The notes: generated by a model from the sequence alone, not told the origin. A stretch of DNA of 19,105 bases from Promethearchaeota archaeon (GCA_048938445.1 JBHLME010000086.1:1-19105), one strand, 5' to 3'. Counted from the first letter of the stretch, positions 8,167 through 16,305 are shown. Program-made: numbers and translations.

Positions 8167-8562
8167 TTGGTTGATAAAAAAATTCGTGTATTAATGTCAA
8201 AACCAGGTATCGATGGACACTGGCGAGGTGGTATTGTTGTTTCAAGAGCCCTTAGAGATGCGGGTATGGAACTCATATTTGGAGGGTTTCAAAATGTAGA
8301 ACAAATCGTAGAATCTGCCATCCAAGAGGATGTGGATGTCATTGGTCTAAGCATACATTCAGGTGCACATTTTGCTTACACACAACAAGTTATTGATTTA
8401 TTAAAAGAGAAGGGCGTTTATGAAAACATAATTATTATCTTAGGTGGCGTGATTCCAGCAAGAGATTTTGCAGAATTGAAAAAAATGGGTGTTGCGAATG
8501 TATACGGTCCGGGGGCAATGGTAAATGATATTGTGAACTTCATAAGGGATAATGTGAAATAA
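8167..8562 (+). CDS. Acyl-CoA mutase small subunit (cobalamin-binding domain)
   Basis: 'KPGIDGHWRG' (DxHxxG), 'GLSIHSGAH', 'GGVIP', 'YGPG'. Immediately follows the large subunit. Start placed at TTG 8167 because GGGGTGA (8155-8161) looks like the Shine-Dalgarno; the track uses GTG 8158. Confidence 0.92.
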   Translation: MVDKKIRVLMSKPGIDGHWRGGIVVSRALRDAGMELIFGGFQNVEQIVESAIQEDVDVIGLSIHSGAHFAYTQQVIDLLKEKGVYENIIIILGGVIPARDFAELKKMGVANVYGPGAMVNDIVNFIRDNVK

Positions 8563-8574
8563 TGAAATTTATTT

Positions 8575-8622
8575 ATCTTAACCTCTAAGGTTCAATCTTA
8601 ACATAAACCTAGAATTATTAAC
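8575..8622. repeat. Three short repeats at exact 20-bp period (ATCTTAAC, ATCTTAAC, TTATTAAC)
   Basis: Copies at 8575-8582, 8595-8602 and 8615-8622; internal inverted repeat AACCT-cta-AGGTT at 8580-8592. Confidence 0.45.
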
Positions 8623-8706
8623 ACATTTTTAATCATAAACTTTTTACAAATTTTTATTAAAGAATTCTAAGATTATTCTATTAAGAAACTTGGAAGTGAT
8701 TTCAGA

Positions 8707-9084
8707 ATGTCAAAAAATGACATTGAATTTAATAAAAATGCTTTAGATGAATCCGAGAAGTATTATAAATTATTGCATTTATCATCAGATCAGCGGAGGA
8801 AAATCAGACTCGTATCAAAATTAGCAACGAATTTCATTCCAATAAGTGAATATGCAATGGCAGGTTTTGCTTATAGAGCAATTCAGGAATATCAAGTTGA
8901 TAATAAAATAGAAATGATTCAATTTGAAACAATGTCCGCGAGTGATAAACTTAAAATGTTTTCTAACCTATTAGAAAGAATTCGAAAAATGCTTTTAAAA
9001 GCCATTGTTACCCCAGATCAAACAGACCTTCTTGATAAAGCCGTAAAAGAGGCATACGAGTTCTATAAACACAATTTAATTTAG
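8707..9084 (+). CDS. Hypothetical all-alpha protein, 125 aa
   Basis: Clean ORF with ATG, SD-like GGAAGTG at 8691-8697, protein-like composition; no family recognised. Confidence 0.75.
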   Translation: MSKNDIEFNKNALDESEKYYKLLHLSSDQRRKIRLVSKLATNFIPISEYAMAGFAYRAIQEYQVDNKIEMIQFETMSASDKLKMFSNLLERIRKMLLKAIVTPDQTDLLDKAVKEAYEFYKHNLI

Positions 9085-9116
9085 TCGTTATATTTCATTG
9101 AAATTGTTTATAGAAG

Positions 9117-9137
9117 ACATTTTTCGACGAAAATGTA
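9117..9137. terminator. Imperfect inverted repeat downstream of the 125-aa gene (possible terminator or operator)
   Basis: ACATTTTTCG-A-CGAAAATGT with a one-base bulge. Confidence 0.3.
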
Positions 9138-9304
9138 GTTTTAATATTTATGTAATACAACTATATATTTTTAAATTAAAAGAATAAATTTATATTGTTA
9201 TTCGTTACACTTATTCCATTGTAGGAACAAAAAAAAAAAATTCCATTAAAAATTTTCATAAATGATAAAAATCTCAAGATTCAATCGAGGTGTAATATAT
9301 TTCA

Positions 9305-9826
9305 ATGAATCCTACTATAAAATGTCCCGTTTGCGGAAGTAAATTAGAAAAAATGACAATGAGTCATATAAAATCTAAGAAACATGAAGAAGCTTTAGAG
9401 AATGCCAAAATCAAAAATTCTGAAGATCCTGCATTAAAATTATTAAAATTACCAGAAATAAATACAGAAAACTTACAATACAAGTCTGAAGATGACATGA
9501 AATTGGAAGTACCTTTAGTTCCAGAACCTCCAAAAAGAAAAAAGCTTGAATTAAATTCTGCTGAAATGCCCGTCGATCTTAGTGCAATGAAACGTGCTGA
9601 AAAAGCAGGAAAAAAGGCAATTTTAGTGAATTGTGAAAGGTGTAATGGTGTAATTTTCGTACCTGTACCTCCCGAGATGGTTTTAAATTCGGAATTACCC
9701 GTCGTACCAATAACATACGTCCATTATAATCCAGAAAGGAAAGACAAGCATGGTATTACAATATACCTCGATCATGATTTTGATATTCGTAGACAAAGAT
9801 TATCTGATATTATTTTTCAAGAATAA
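9305..9826 (+). CDS. Protein with two putative zinc sites: N-terminal C2H2 finger and C-terminal CxxC..H..H module
   Basis: 'CPVCGSKLEKMTMSHIKSKKH'; Pro/Lys/Glu-rich linker; 'VNCERC...ITYVH...KHGITIYLDHDFDIRR'. SD GAGGTG at 9287-9292. Confidence 0.75.
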   Translation: MNPTIKCPVCGSKLEKMTMSHIKSKKHEEALENAKIKNSEDPALKLLKLPEINTENLQYKSEDDMKLEVPLVPEPPKRKKLELNSAEMPVDLSAMKRAEKAGKKAILVNCERCNGVIFVPVPPEMVLNSELPVVPITYVHYNPERKDKHGITIYLDHDFDIRRQRLSDIIFQE

Positions 9827-9902
9827 TAATATGATAAGATAAATATCATTAAACTAAAAATTTATTTTTTAAAAAATAAAATTGAAAAATAAAAAAGACA
9901 TG

Positions 9903-9928
9903 TACTATTTCTCTATATAGAATACTAT
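9903..9928. promoter_or_regulatory. TACTAT-N14-TACTAT direct repeat enclosing the palindrome TCTATATAGA, upstream of meaB
   Basis: TACTAT at 9903-9908 and 9923-9928; TCTATATAGA at 9912-9921. Confidence 0.4.
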
Positions 9929-9962
9929 ATTTGAAAAATGTGTAAATCGGTGCTACGTTTAA

Positions 9963-10928
9963 TTGAAGAGAAACTATAAAGTTAATGACTTGATTCTACA
10001 ATTTAAAAGAAAAGATAAAATTGCTCTTGCTAGATTAATTTCATTGATTGAAAATGAGCCTGAAAGGGCATCTGAAATTTTCAAGCATTTTGAAAACAAT
10101 AAGAATGACTCTTACATAATTGGAATAACAGGTTCTCCCGGGGTGGGAAAAAGCACCCTTGTTGGCTCAATTGTCAAGAAATTATTAAAGGAAAATAAAA
10201 CTATAGGAGTTATATCCGTAGATCCTACCTCCCCTTTTAGTGGAGGTGCTTTTTTAGGTGATAGAGTGAGGATGACCGAGATTTCTTTACATCCTAACTT
10301 ATTCATGCGGAGTTTAGCATCTAGAGGTTCTAAAGGAGGGCTTTCTCGAGCCGTATTTGATATAATCATGTTATATGAAGCCTTTGGGATGGACTTAATT
10401 CTCATTGAAACAGTTGGAGCGGGACAAAGTGAGTTTGAAATTTATAATTTAGCTCATACAGTTGTCGTGGTTCTTGTTCCGGGGTATGGCGATGCAATAC
10501 AGATGCAAAAAGCAGGGATCATTGAAATAGGAGATGTCTATGATGTTAATAAAAAGGATCTAGGTGGAGAAGATATCGCCGTACAAATTGAAATGATGCT
10601 TGATGATTCTACTCTTCAAGGGGGATGGCGTCCTCCTGTATCGATGACTAATTCGATTTCGGGTGAGGGTGTAGACAAATTAATACAACAAATATTCGAC
10701 CATAAGGAGCATTTGGAGTTATCGGGGATTTTAGAGAAAAAAAAAGAGCAACAGCTTTCTTATAAGATAAGAGAATTATTGTTTTATAAAATTGATAAGG
10801 TATTAGAGAGCCTTATTAGTCAAAAAGAAATTCATGAGATTCACGCAAAAGTAATTGATAATAAGTTCCAAGTATATGAAGCAATTCACGATTTATTTAG
10901 CAACGTAAAATTTGAACGAAAAAGGTAA
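9963..10928 (+). CDS. meaB: MeaB/ArgK family G3E GTPase, acyl-CoA mutase chaperone
   Basis: 'ALARLISLIEN', Walker A 'GSPGVGKST', 'VDPTSPFSGGAFLGDRVRM', 'ETVGAGQSE', 'GDAIQMQKAG', 'NKKD'; close to the mutase genes. Confidence 0.95.
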   Translation: MKRNYKVNDLILQFKRKDKIALARLISLIENEPERASEIFKHFENNKNDSYIIGITGSPGVGKSTLVGSIVKKLLKENKTIGVISVDPTSPFSGGAFLGDRVRMTEISLHPNLFMRSLASRGSKGGLSRAVFDIIMLYEAFGMDLILIETVGAGQSEFEIYNLAHTVVVVLVPGYGDAIQMQKAGIIEIGDVYDVNKKDLGGEDIAVQIEMMLDDSTLQGGWRPPVSMTNSISGEGVDKLIQQIFDHKEHLELSGILEKKKEQQLSYKIRELLFYKIDKVLESLISQKEIHEIHAKVIDNKFQVYEAIHDLFSNVKFERKR

Positions 10929-11097
10929 TTGGATAATAATTACTTAATTTTTTGGTAAAATATTAGATTGTTCCACAATCTTATTTATCTTAATTTTAAA
11001 TATTGTACTTAAATTTTATTAAAATATAAATGAAAATTATAAATCTCTCATGGCATTATAAAAAATTGTAAAAAGAATTGAATAACTAGGGATTCAT

Positions 11098-12249
11098 ATG
11101 AATTATATATGGGACACGATCGCAGATGCTGTTTCTAAAGAGGATGGACTGAGAGACGTGTATCCAATTTTTGAAAAAACGAAAATAGATGAAAATGGAT
11201 TCACGCATTATTATTTTTGCAAGATAATGTTTAAAAATCCTCATTTTGTCATTCCTGATGAATCATTTCTTTTATTTGAGAAATTTTTAGATGGAGGTTC
11301 AAGAGAATATCCATCAGATGGTAATATACCTACTGATTTAGTAGCTGCCGAAACTAGAAAAATTTTGAAAAGCATTGTAAAGATATCAAAAGATCCAAAT
11401 TCCCCTTTCTATGAGGATTCACTTGATGTGTTAAGAAATGGTAAATTTTCATTAATTAGAGGAACGATGAAACTATATTTGGGAAAATATACTACGAGAG
11501 ATTGGAGAAGGAAAAGATTTACCGATGATATTGATTTCTGGATATATAAAGTCCCTTTATGGGAACACGTGTTAAAGAAAAATGGATGGATAAAGAATAA
11601 AAAAACGCGAGAGTGGGAAAAATCTGTTTTTTGGCACAATCTTGCAACTCATGAAGATGAAACTCACATTCTTATAGCTTCTAATGATACTAATCAATTA
11701 TTGGACTTTGGTGGCGGTAGTTTTCTTGATGGTTCAAGCTTAAAAAGCATTTTCCAAAAAAAAATAAAAAGAGGACATGAAGTAGATCTTAGTGATATAA
11801 TCAATGTTGCTATGATTTTTAACAAGGCAGAAGGGCATTCTACTGAGGAATGGAACAATGCGTGGCAAGCATTTGAAGAGGCTACAAATACAAGAAGTAA
11901 AAGGATAACTTCTAACATTATAAGTTTATGTAGATACGCATATGCAATATCAGATTATCTAGAAAAAGTTGGCCAAGCTCTAATTAAATACCATAATCAT
12001 ATTTTTGATAAATCACGTTATCCAAACGAAAAAATTGTTAGAACTTGTCAATACTCCATTCATTGGAAAAAACATCTTAAGAGACATGGATTTGACATAA
12101 CTCGAGAGATGTTGCATAATTTTGTATTTAAACAGGGATATATTAAGATTTATTATGCAAGAAATTTGAAGCATTTTGCTGCAAAATTATTAAAACTATT
12201 AAACTCTAAGAATGAACATCTTAAAGTTGTTTTTGAAATTATTGACTAA
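11098..12249 (+). CDS. Hypothetical protein with a putative Pol-beta-like (AbiEii-like) nucleotidyltransferase core
   Basis: 'LIRGTMKLYL...RKRFTDDIDFW' resembles hhGG..h...RxTxDhD; 'KKIKRGHEVDLSDI' resembles K...R..D..Dh. The ORF is secure, the function tentative. Confidence 0.5.
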   Translation: MNYIWDTIADAVSKEDGLRDVYPIFEKTKIDENGFTHYYFCKIMFKNPHFVIPDESFLLFEKFLDGGSREYPSDGNIPTDLVAAETRKILKSIVKISKDPNSPFYEDSLDVLRNGKFSLIRGTMKLYLGKYTTRDWRRKRFTDDIDFWIYKVPLWEHVLKKNGWIKNKKTREWEKSVFWHNLATHEDETHILIASNDTNQLLDFGGGSFLDGSSLKSIFQKKIKRGHEVDLSDIINVAMIFNKAEGHSTEEWNNAWQAFEEATNTRSKRITSNIISLCRYAYAISDYLEKVGQALIKYHNHIFDKSRYPNEKIVRTCQYSIHWKKHLKRHGFDITREMLHNFVFKQGYIKIYYARNLKHFAAKLLKLLNSKNEHLKVVFEIID

Positions 12250-12297
12250 GCATAGATTTTAATGGTATACTTAAGTTTTTATATTCTTTTTTTAAAA

Positions 12298-14103
12298 TCA
12301 ATTACTTGCCATTGCGTCAAATGTATTTTTCATAGATTTTCCAGATTCCCATTCATTTTTTAGTATAAATTTTTGAATTAACTCATTTGGATTTTTTGGT
12401 AAATCTTTGTTAAATTCAATATATCTAGGAACCATAAAATATGCTAGATTTCGTTTTAAATAATTATGAAAATCTTTAGGAGTGATTGAAGACCCATTTT
12501 GTATTACAGCACAAATTTTTAATTCTTTTTTATCTGTATCATGGTCTTTAACTTCAAATACAGCGCTTTCTACTATGAGTGGATGGGAATTAGCAACAAG
12601 TTCGATATCTATTGCAAAAAAGATCTCTTCTCCTCGGCTAATCATGTCTGATTTCCTTCCGAGGTAATATAAAAAACCTTCATGGTCCGTATATCCGAAA
12701 TCACCGGTATATACCCATCGATCTTCTCCTTTTCGTGTAACAGTTTCTTCTTGTAAATTATAATATTCAAGTTCAAAAGGAAGTCTTGTTCTTGCACAAA
12801 TTTCACCCATATTATCTCGTCCAGGAGGTGATTCTTTTCCTTCAAAATCAACAATTTTAATCTCAACTCCTCGTGCGGGTTTTCCAACAGATCCTAGTTT
12901 TCCTCCTTTTGAACCTACACTATTAATTGTAAATCCGATAGCTTCAACTAAAGCCCACATTTCGATGATTTGAATCCCAAATCTTCTTTCAAAAGTCTCC
13001 CAATTTTTTTTTTCCACGCCAGCACCAAGGGCATACTTAATTGAGTGTTTTCTATCTAAAGTAGAGGGTGGTTGATTTACAAGTGCAGTTAAGAGCGCTG
13101 CATAATAACAAAAACCTTCAGGTTTATATTTTTCAATATCCTTCCAAAACGTTGAAACATCAGAAAATTCTGCAATTATTACCGATCCGTTATAAAACAT
13201 GATTGGAATTATCAGAAAATATCTTTGTAATCCTTGGAATAAGGGTAATGGGCAATAAAATTTATTTATTCTCGTACTAAATCCTAATTCTTCTAATTGT
13301 CTTCCTACACTGATTCCTGATAAAGTATAATAATTTCTATACAGAACTCCCTTTGGTTTTCCTGTAGTTCCAGAAGTATAAGCTATTTCAAGAGGATGTA
13401 AACTATTTATATCAAGCTCAGGATTCTCAATGTTATCTGAGAAGATTTCTTTAAACTTAGCACATCTCTCATTATATTCATAATCAGATGGAGCATTTCG
13501 AATAAAAATTTTTTTAATATCTGGTAGATGCTCGAAAATATCTTCTATATCTCTATAATATTCATAATCAATAATTAAAATCTCTGAATTGCTATTTCTT
13601 AATATGAATTCCTTCAGTTCTTTTTTAAAAGCATAACTTACTGGTACAAACACGCTACCAGTTTTTGCCACACCAAACCAACAAAAGATTACTTCTGGAC
13701 AAGTTGGCAATAAAACAGAGATGTTTGGATTTTTTAATCTTAATTTTTTACTTAGCTTTAAAATTCCATTTGCAATCCGGTTAGATATTATATTTGTTTC
13801 ATAATATGAATAGATATCATCTTGGTAATAAATAAATGGTTTATCTTTATTTATAATTGCTTTACTTTCTATAACTTTGGCAAGTGTAGCATCTTCAATA
13901 TCATATAATTTTGTTATTTCACTAAGATCATATATTCTCCTAATCTCTAAGTGTTCACCTTTTAATTCAATAACAACTTCTTCCTTATCTCTAAAAGGAA
14001 AGTCATCATCTTTTGCTATCTTACTAGGGATATAGACCCAATAACTATCATAACCACGATTTCCTGATTTTTTTTTTGAAATCCTACCTTTTCCTGTTTT
14101 CAT
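12298..14103 (-). CDS. AbrB/MazE/SpoVT-like DNA-binding domain fused to a CaiC-like AMP-binding acyl-CoA ligase domain
   Basis: N-terminal ~58 aa 'GRISKKKSGNRGYDSYWVYIPSKIAKDDDFPFRDKEEVVIELKGEHLEIRR' has the swapped-hairpin pattern. Ligase motifs: 'YTSGTTGKPKG', 'GSVGKP', 'GEIC', 'YTGD', 'YLGRKSD', 'LAYFMVPRYIEF'. Confidence 0.85.
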   Translation of the reverse strand: MKTGKGRISKKKSGNRGYDSYWVYIPSKIAKDDDFPFRDKEEVVIELKGEHLEIRRIYDLSEITKLYDIEDATLAKVIESKAIINKDKPFIYYQDDIYSYYETNIISNRIANGILKLSKKLRLKNPNISVLLPTCPEVIFCWFGVAKTGSVFVPVSYAFKKELKEFILRNSNSEILIIDYEYYRDIEDIFEHLPDIKKIFIRNAPSDYEYNERCAKFKEIFSDNIENPELDINSLHPLEIAYTSGTTGKPKGVLYRNYYTLSGISVGRQLEELGFSTRINKFYCPLPLFQGLQRYFLIIPIMFYNGSVIIAEFSDVSTFWKDIEKYKPEGFCYYAALLTALVNQPPSTLDRKHSIKYALGAGVEKKNWETFERRFGIQIIEMWALVEAIGFTINSVGSKGGKLGSVGKPARGVEIKIVDFEGKESPPGRDNMGEICARTRLPFELEYYNLQEETVTRKGEDRWVYTGDFGYTDHEGFLYYLGRKSDMISRGEEIFFAIDIELVANSHPLIVESAVFEVKDHDTDKKELKICAVIQNGSSITPKDFHNYLKRNLAYFMVPRYIEFNKDLPKNPNELIQKFILKNEWESGKSMKNTFDAMASN

Positions 14104-14126
14104 GATAATTAAAATTTATATATCAA

Positions 14127-14205
14127 TACTATTGTAATTATATAATTACTATAGTAAAAAAAAGGTTACTATTTTTTGTCCTTACTATTAATTAATTTAT
14201 AGTAA
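14127..14205. promoter_or_regulatory. Operator-like array upstream of the AbrB-ligase gene
   Basis: TACTAT at 14127, 14147, 14167 (20-bp period) and 14183. Perfect palindromes GTAATTATATAATTAC (14134-14149) and TTACTATAGTAA (14146-14157). Inverted repeat TTACTAT-N10-ATAGTAA (14182-14205). Confidence 0.65.
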
Positions 14206-16197
14206 ATTTATATACTCTTCTTTTATTAGAGGAAATCTATCAAGATCATAATGAGGAAAATAAAGTGAAAATGTATATTCTTTTTGAAATAATGGTGAAG
14301 AAGCAATTTCTCGATACTTAATCTCATGTGCGATTTTATTTGCAAGATTTCTTTGTTCATAATCTTTTATAAATAATTGTGCTCCTTTTCCAGCTGCATT
14401 ACCTATTTGAAATATGTGATCTTTATTAACTTCAGGGAATAAACCTATGAAGGCAGCATTTTCTTTATTGATATAAGTTCCAAAACCACCTGCAAGGATG
14501 ATTTGTTCAAGATTTTCCCTTGTTGTTTCCTCTGATTCAAGGAGTAGATTTGCTGCAGATAAGAATGCTCCCTTTGCTAATTGAACTTGATTAATATCTT
14601 TTTGAGAAATAGTAATCTCGTTTATTTTTTTCTCATCATTGTTAATTTGAAACCTTTCATCATCCCATTCTGCTTTATATACAATATAATGATATCCATC
14701 TTCTTTTTTTATAATTCGACGATTATTTACTATCTGTTCTGATTTGATATTAAATTTTCCAGCACGAGTTATGATATTTGATTTTAACATTTCTGCTATG
14801 ATGTCAATTAACCCCGAACCACATAATCCTAATGGTGATACCTTTCCTATTATTTCTATTGAGGGTTCTAATGAACTTCTATCAATTATAACTGATTCTA
14901 TTGCACCCTCAGAAGCACGCATACCATTTGAAATATGAGCACCCTCCAATGCTGAACCTGCAGCGCATGAACCTGCAACTAATCCTTCTTTATTTCCTAA
15001 AACAAGCTCACCATTCGTACCAATATCAATCAATAAAGAATATTTATCAAATGTATTGATTTTAGACGATATAACACATCCAATCGTGTCAGTTCCTACA
15101 TACCCTGCAATTACTGGTGGAGAATATACGTTCACATTTGAGTTACAATTAATTCCCAAAACATTTGCACTGATATTGATTGGAGCTTTAAATACAGGGA
15201 CATAAGGCGATAAAGATAAATATTCCGGATTCATACCAAAAACCATATGATGCATTCCAGTATTACCTACAATAGAAATATCTTTTACAGATGCTATGGG
15301 AACATTAGCTTTATCACAACAATCCTTAAGTATTTGATTAATAGCATTAATAACTAATTCCTTAGCTCTATCTATTGCGTGATTTTTCACGATATAAGTA
15401 ATTCTTGAAATAATGTCTTCACCAATAGCTACTTGAGGATTAAGCATAGCAGAGATTGCGGCTATTTCACCTGATTTTATATACATTAAATATCCAACAA
15501 TTGTAGTAGTACCAATGTCAATAGCTAATCCAAAAATCTTATCTGTTCTATCTCCAGCTTCAATATCAAAAAGTGACCAAGAACCGTTAAATGAGATATT
15601 TCTAAAAAAAGCTGTAATCAGACCATCTTCTTTTCTCATCATTATTGAGAGATTAGTACAGATATTATATAATAAATTATCTACGTATAGATTAGTGCTA
15701 TTTTCCTTAAAATTAAAATTTGTATTTCTTTCAATCATACTCTCAATTAGACAAGATAAATCATTTTTTGGATTCTCCAAATCAGCAGGGATTATTTTAC
15801 ATAATTTTGAAGTAATAGTTGGTTGAACTTTATTCGAATCTTTAATTCCTAAATGTTCCAAATCAGCATCAACTAAAATTCTATATCCTTTTGGCATTAA
15901 TGAGTCCGTAAGATATACACGTAAATTTCCTAAAATTTTAGCTTGACATGCCAACCTGTATCCCTCTGATATTTTTTGTTCATCTAAGACTTTCTTTTCT
16001 TGTTCTGACAGTTCTGAAATTTTAGGGTTGGGATCTACCACCCGAATCAAACATTTTCCACATGTACCTTTACCTGCACATAATGCACCAACGGGAATAT
16101 TTAATGCTAAAAGTGATTCATAAACAGTTAAACCATCTAAAATATTTATTCTCTTAGATATAGGTTCTAAAATTAGCGTATGTCTTTTATTTTCCAT
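14197..16197 (-). CDS. RACo-type reductive activator of corrinoid proteins (N-terminal [2Fe-2S] ferredoxin + ASKHA ATPase, DUF4445 family)
   Basis: 'CAGKGTCGKC...RLACQ', 'AIDIGTTT', 'NPQVAIGEDIISRI', 'VGNTGMHH', 'DIGTNGE', 'GLCGSG', 'QLAKGA', 'LAGGFG', 'GNAA'; adjacent to a corrinoid protein. Confidence 0.93.
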   Translation of the reverse strand: MENKRHTLILEPISKRINILDGLTVYESLLALNIPVGALCAGKGTCGKCLIRVVDPNPKISELSEQEKKVLDEQKISEGYRLACQAKILGNLRVYLTDSLMPKGYRILVDADLEHLGIKDSNKVQPTITSKLCKIIPADLENPKNDLSCLIESMIERNTNFNFKENSTNLYVDNLLYNICTNLSIMMRKEDGLITAFFRNISFNGSWSLFDIEAGDRTDKIFGLAIDIGTTTIVGYLMYIKSGEIAAISAMLNPQVAIGEDIISRITYIVKNHAIDRAKELVINAINQILKDCCDKANVPIASVKDISIVGNTGMHHMVFGMNPEYLSLSPYVPVFKAPINISANVLGINCNSNVNVYSPPVIAGYVGTDTIGCVISSKINTFDKYSLLIDIGTNGELVLGNKEGLVAGSCAAGSALEGAHISNGMRASEGAIESVIIDRSSLEPSIEIIGKVSPLGLCGSGLIDIIAEMLKSNIITRAGKFNIKSEQIVNNRRIIKKEDGYHYIVYKAEWDDERFQINNDEKKINEITISQKDINQVQLAKGAFLSAANLLLESEETTRENLEQIILAGGFGTYINKENAAFIGLFPEVNKDHIFQIGNAAGKGAQLFIKDYEQRNLANKIAHEIKYREIASSPLFQKEYTFSLYFPHYDLDRFPLIKEEYINLL

Positions 16198-16305
16198 TTA
16201 TATACACTTTAAAGAATATATTTTATTATCTAACTTACTTTTAAAATTCTGAACATTATTTCTATGATTTAAACAAAAAAAATAGGTAAAAATTAAATTT
16301 TCAAA

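Noticed and set aside
9210-9247. A12 tract with flanking TTCCATT repeats as a mobile-element scar
   Set aside because: Homopolymers are frequent in this AT-rich DNA; there is no transposase or terminal inverted repeat.
4480-12300. Selenocysteine readthrough at TGA stops (HEAT gene, mutase large subunit, ligase)
   Set aside because: The mutase and ligase TGAs fall at the expected family C-terminus; the HEAT gene TGA lies 22 bp from the convergent luxC stop; none is at a Cys-equivalent site.
11098-14103. Toxin-antitoxin pair (NTase toxin + AbrB/MazE antitoxin)
   Set aside because: The genes are convergent rather than operonic, and the AbrB-like domain is fused to a ligase with no antitoxin-like tail.
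12298-14103. Annotation as caiC (carnitine-CoA ligase)
   Set aside because: Only subfamily-level resemblance; no other cai genes, and the catalytic lysine is missing.
8575-14205. 20-bp periodic repeats as a degenerate CRISPR array
   Set aside because: Repeat units are only 6-8 bp with 12-14-bp gaps, and no cas genes are present.
484-15826. Short antisense or alternate-frame ORFs in the track (484-735, 848-1030, 930-1115, 3698-3955, 4217-4447, 5279-5467, 5732-6037, 10112-10405, 11409-11639, 11694-11918, 12482-12667, 12642-12887, 14744-14938, 15515-15826)
   Set aside because: All lie wholly inside longer, well-supported genes and show no motifs; most have the Ser/Phe/Ile/Leu-rich composition of shadow ORFs.
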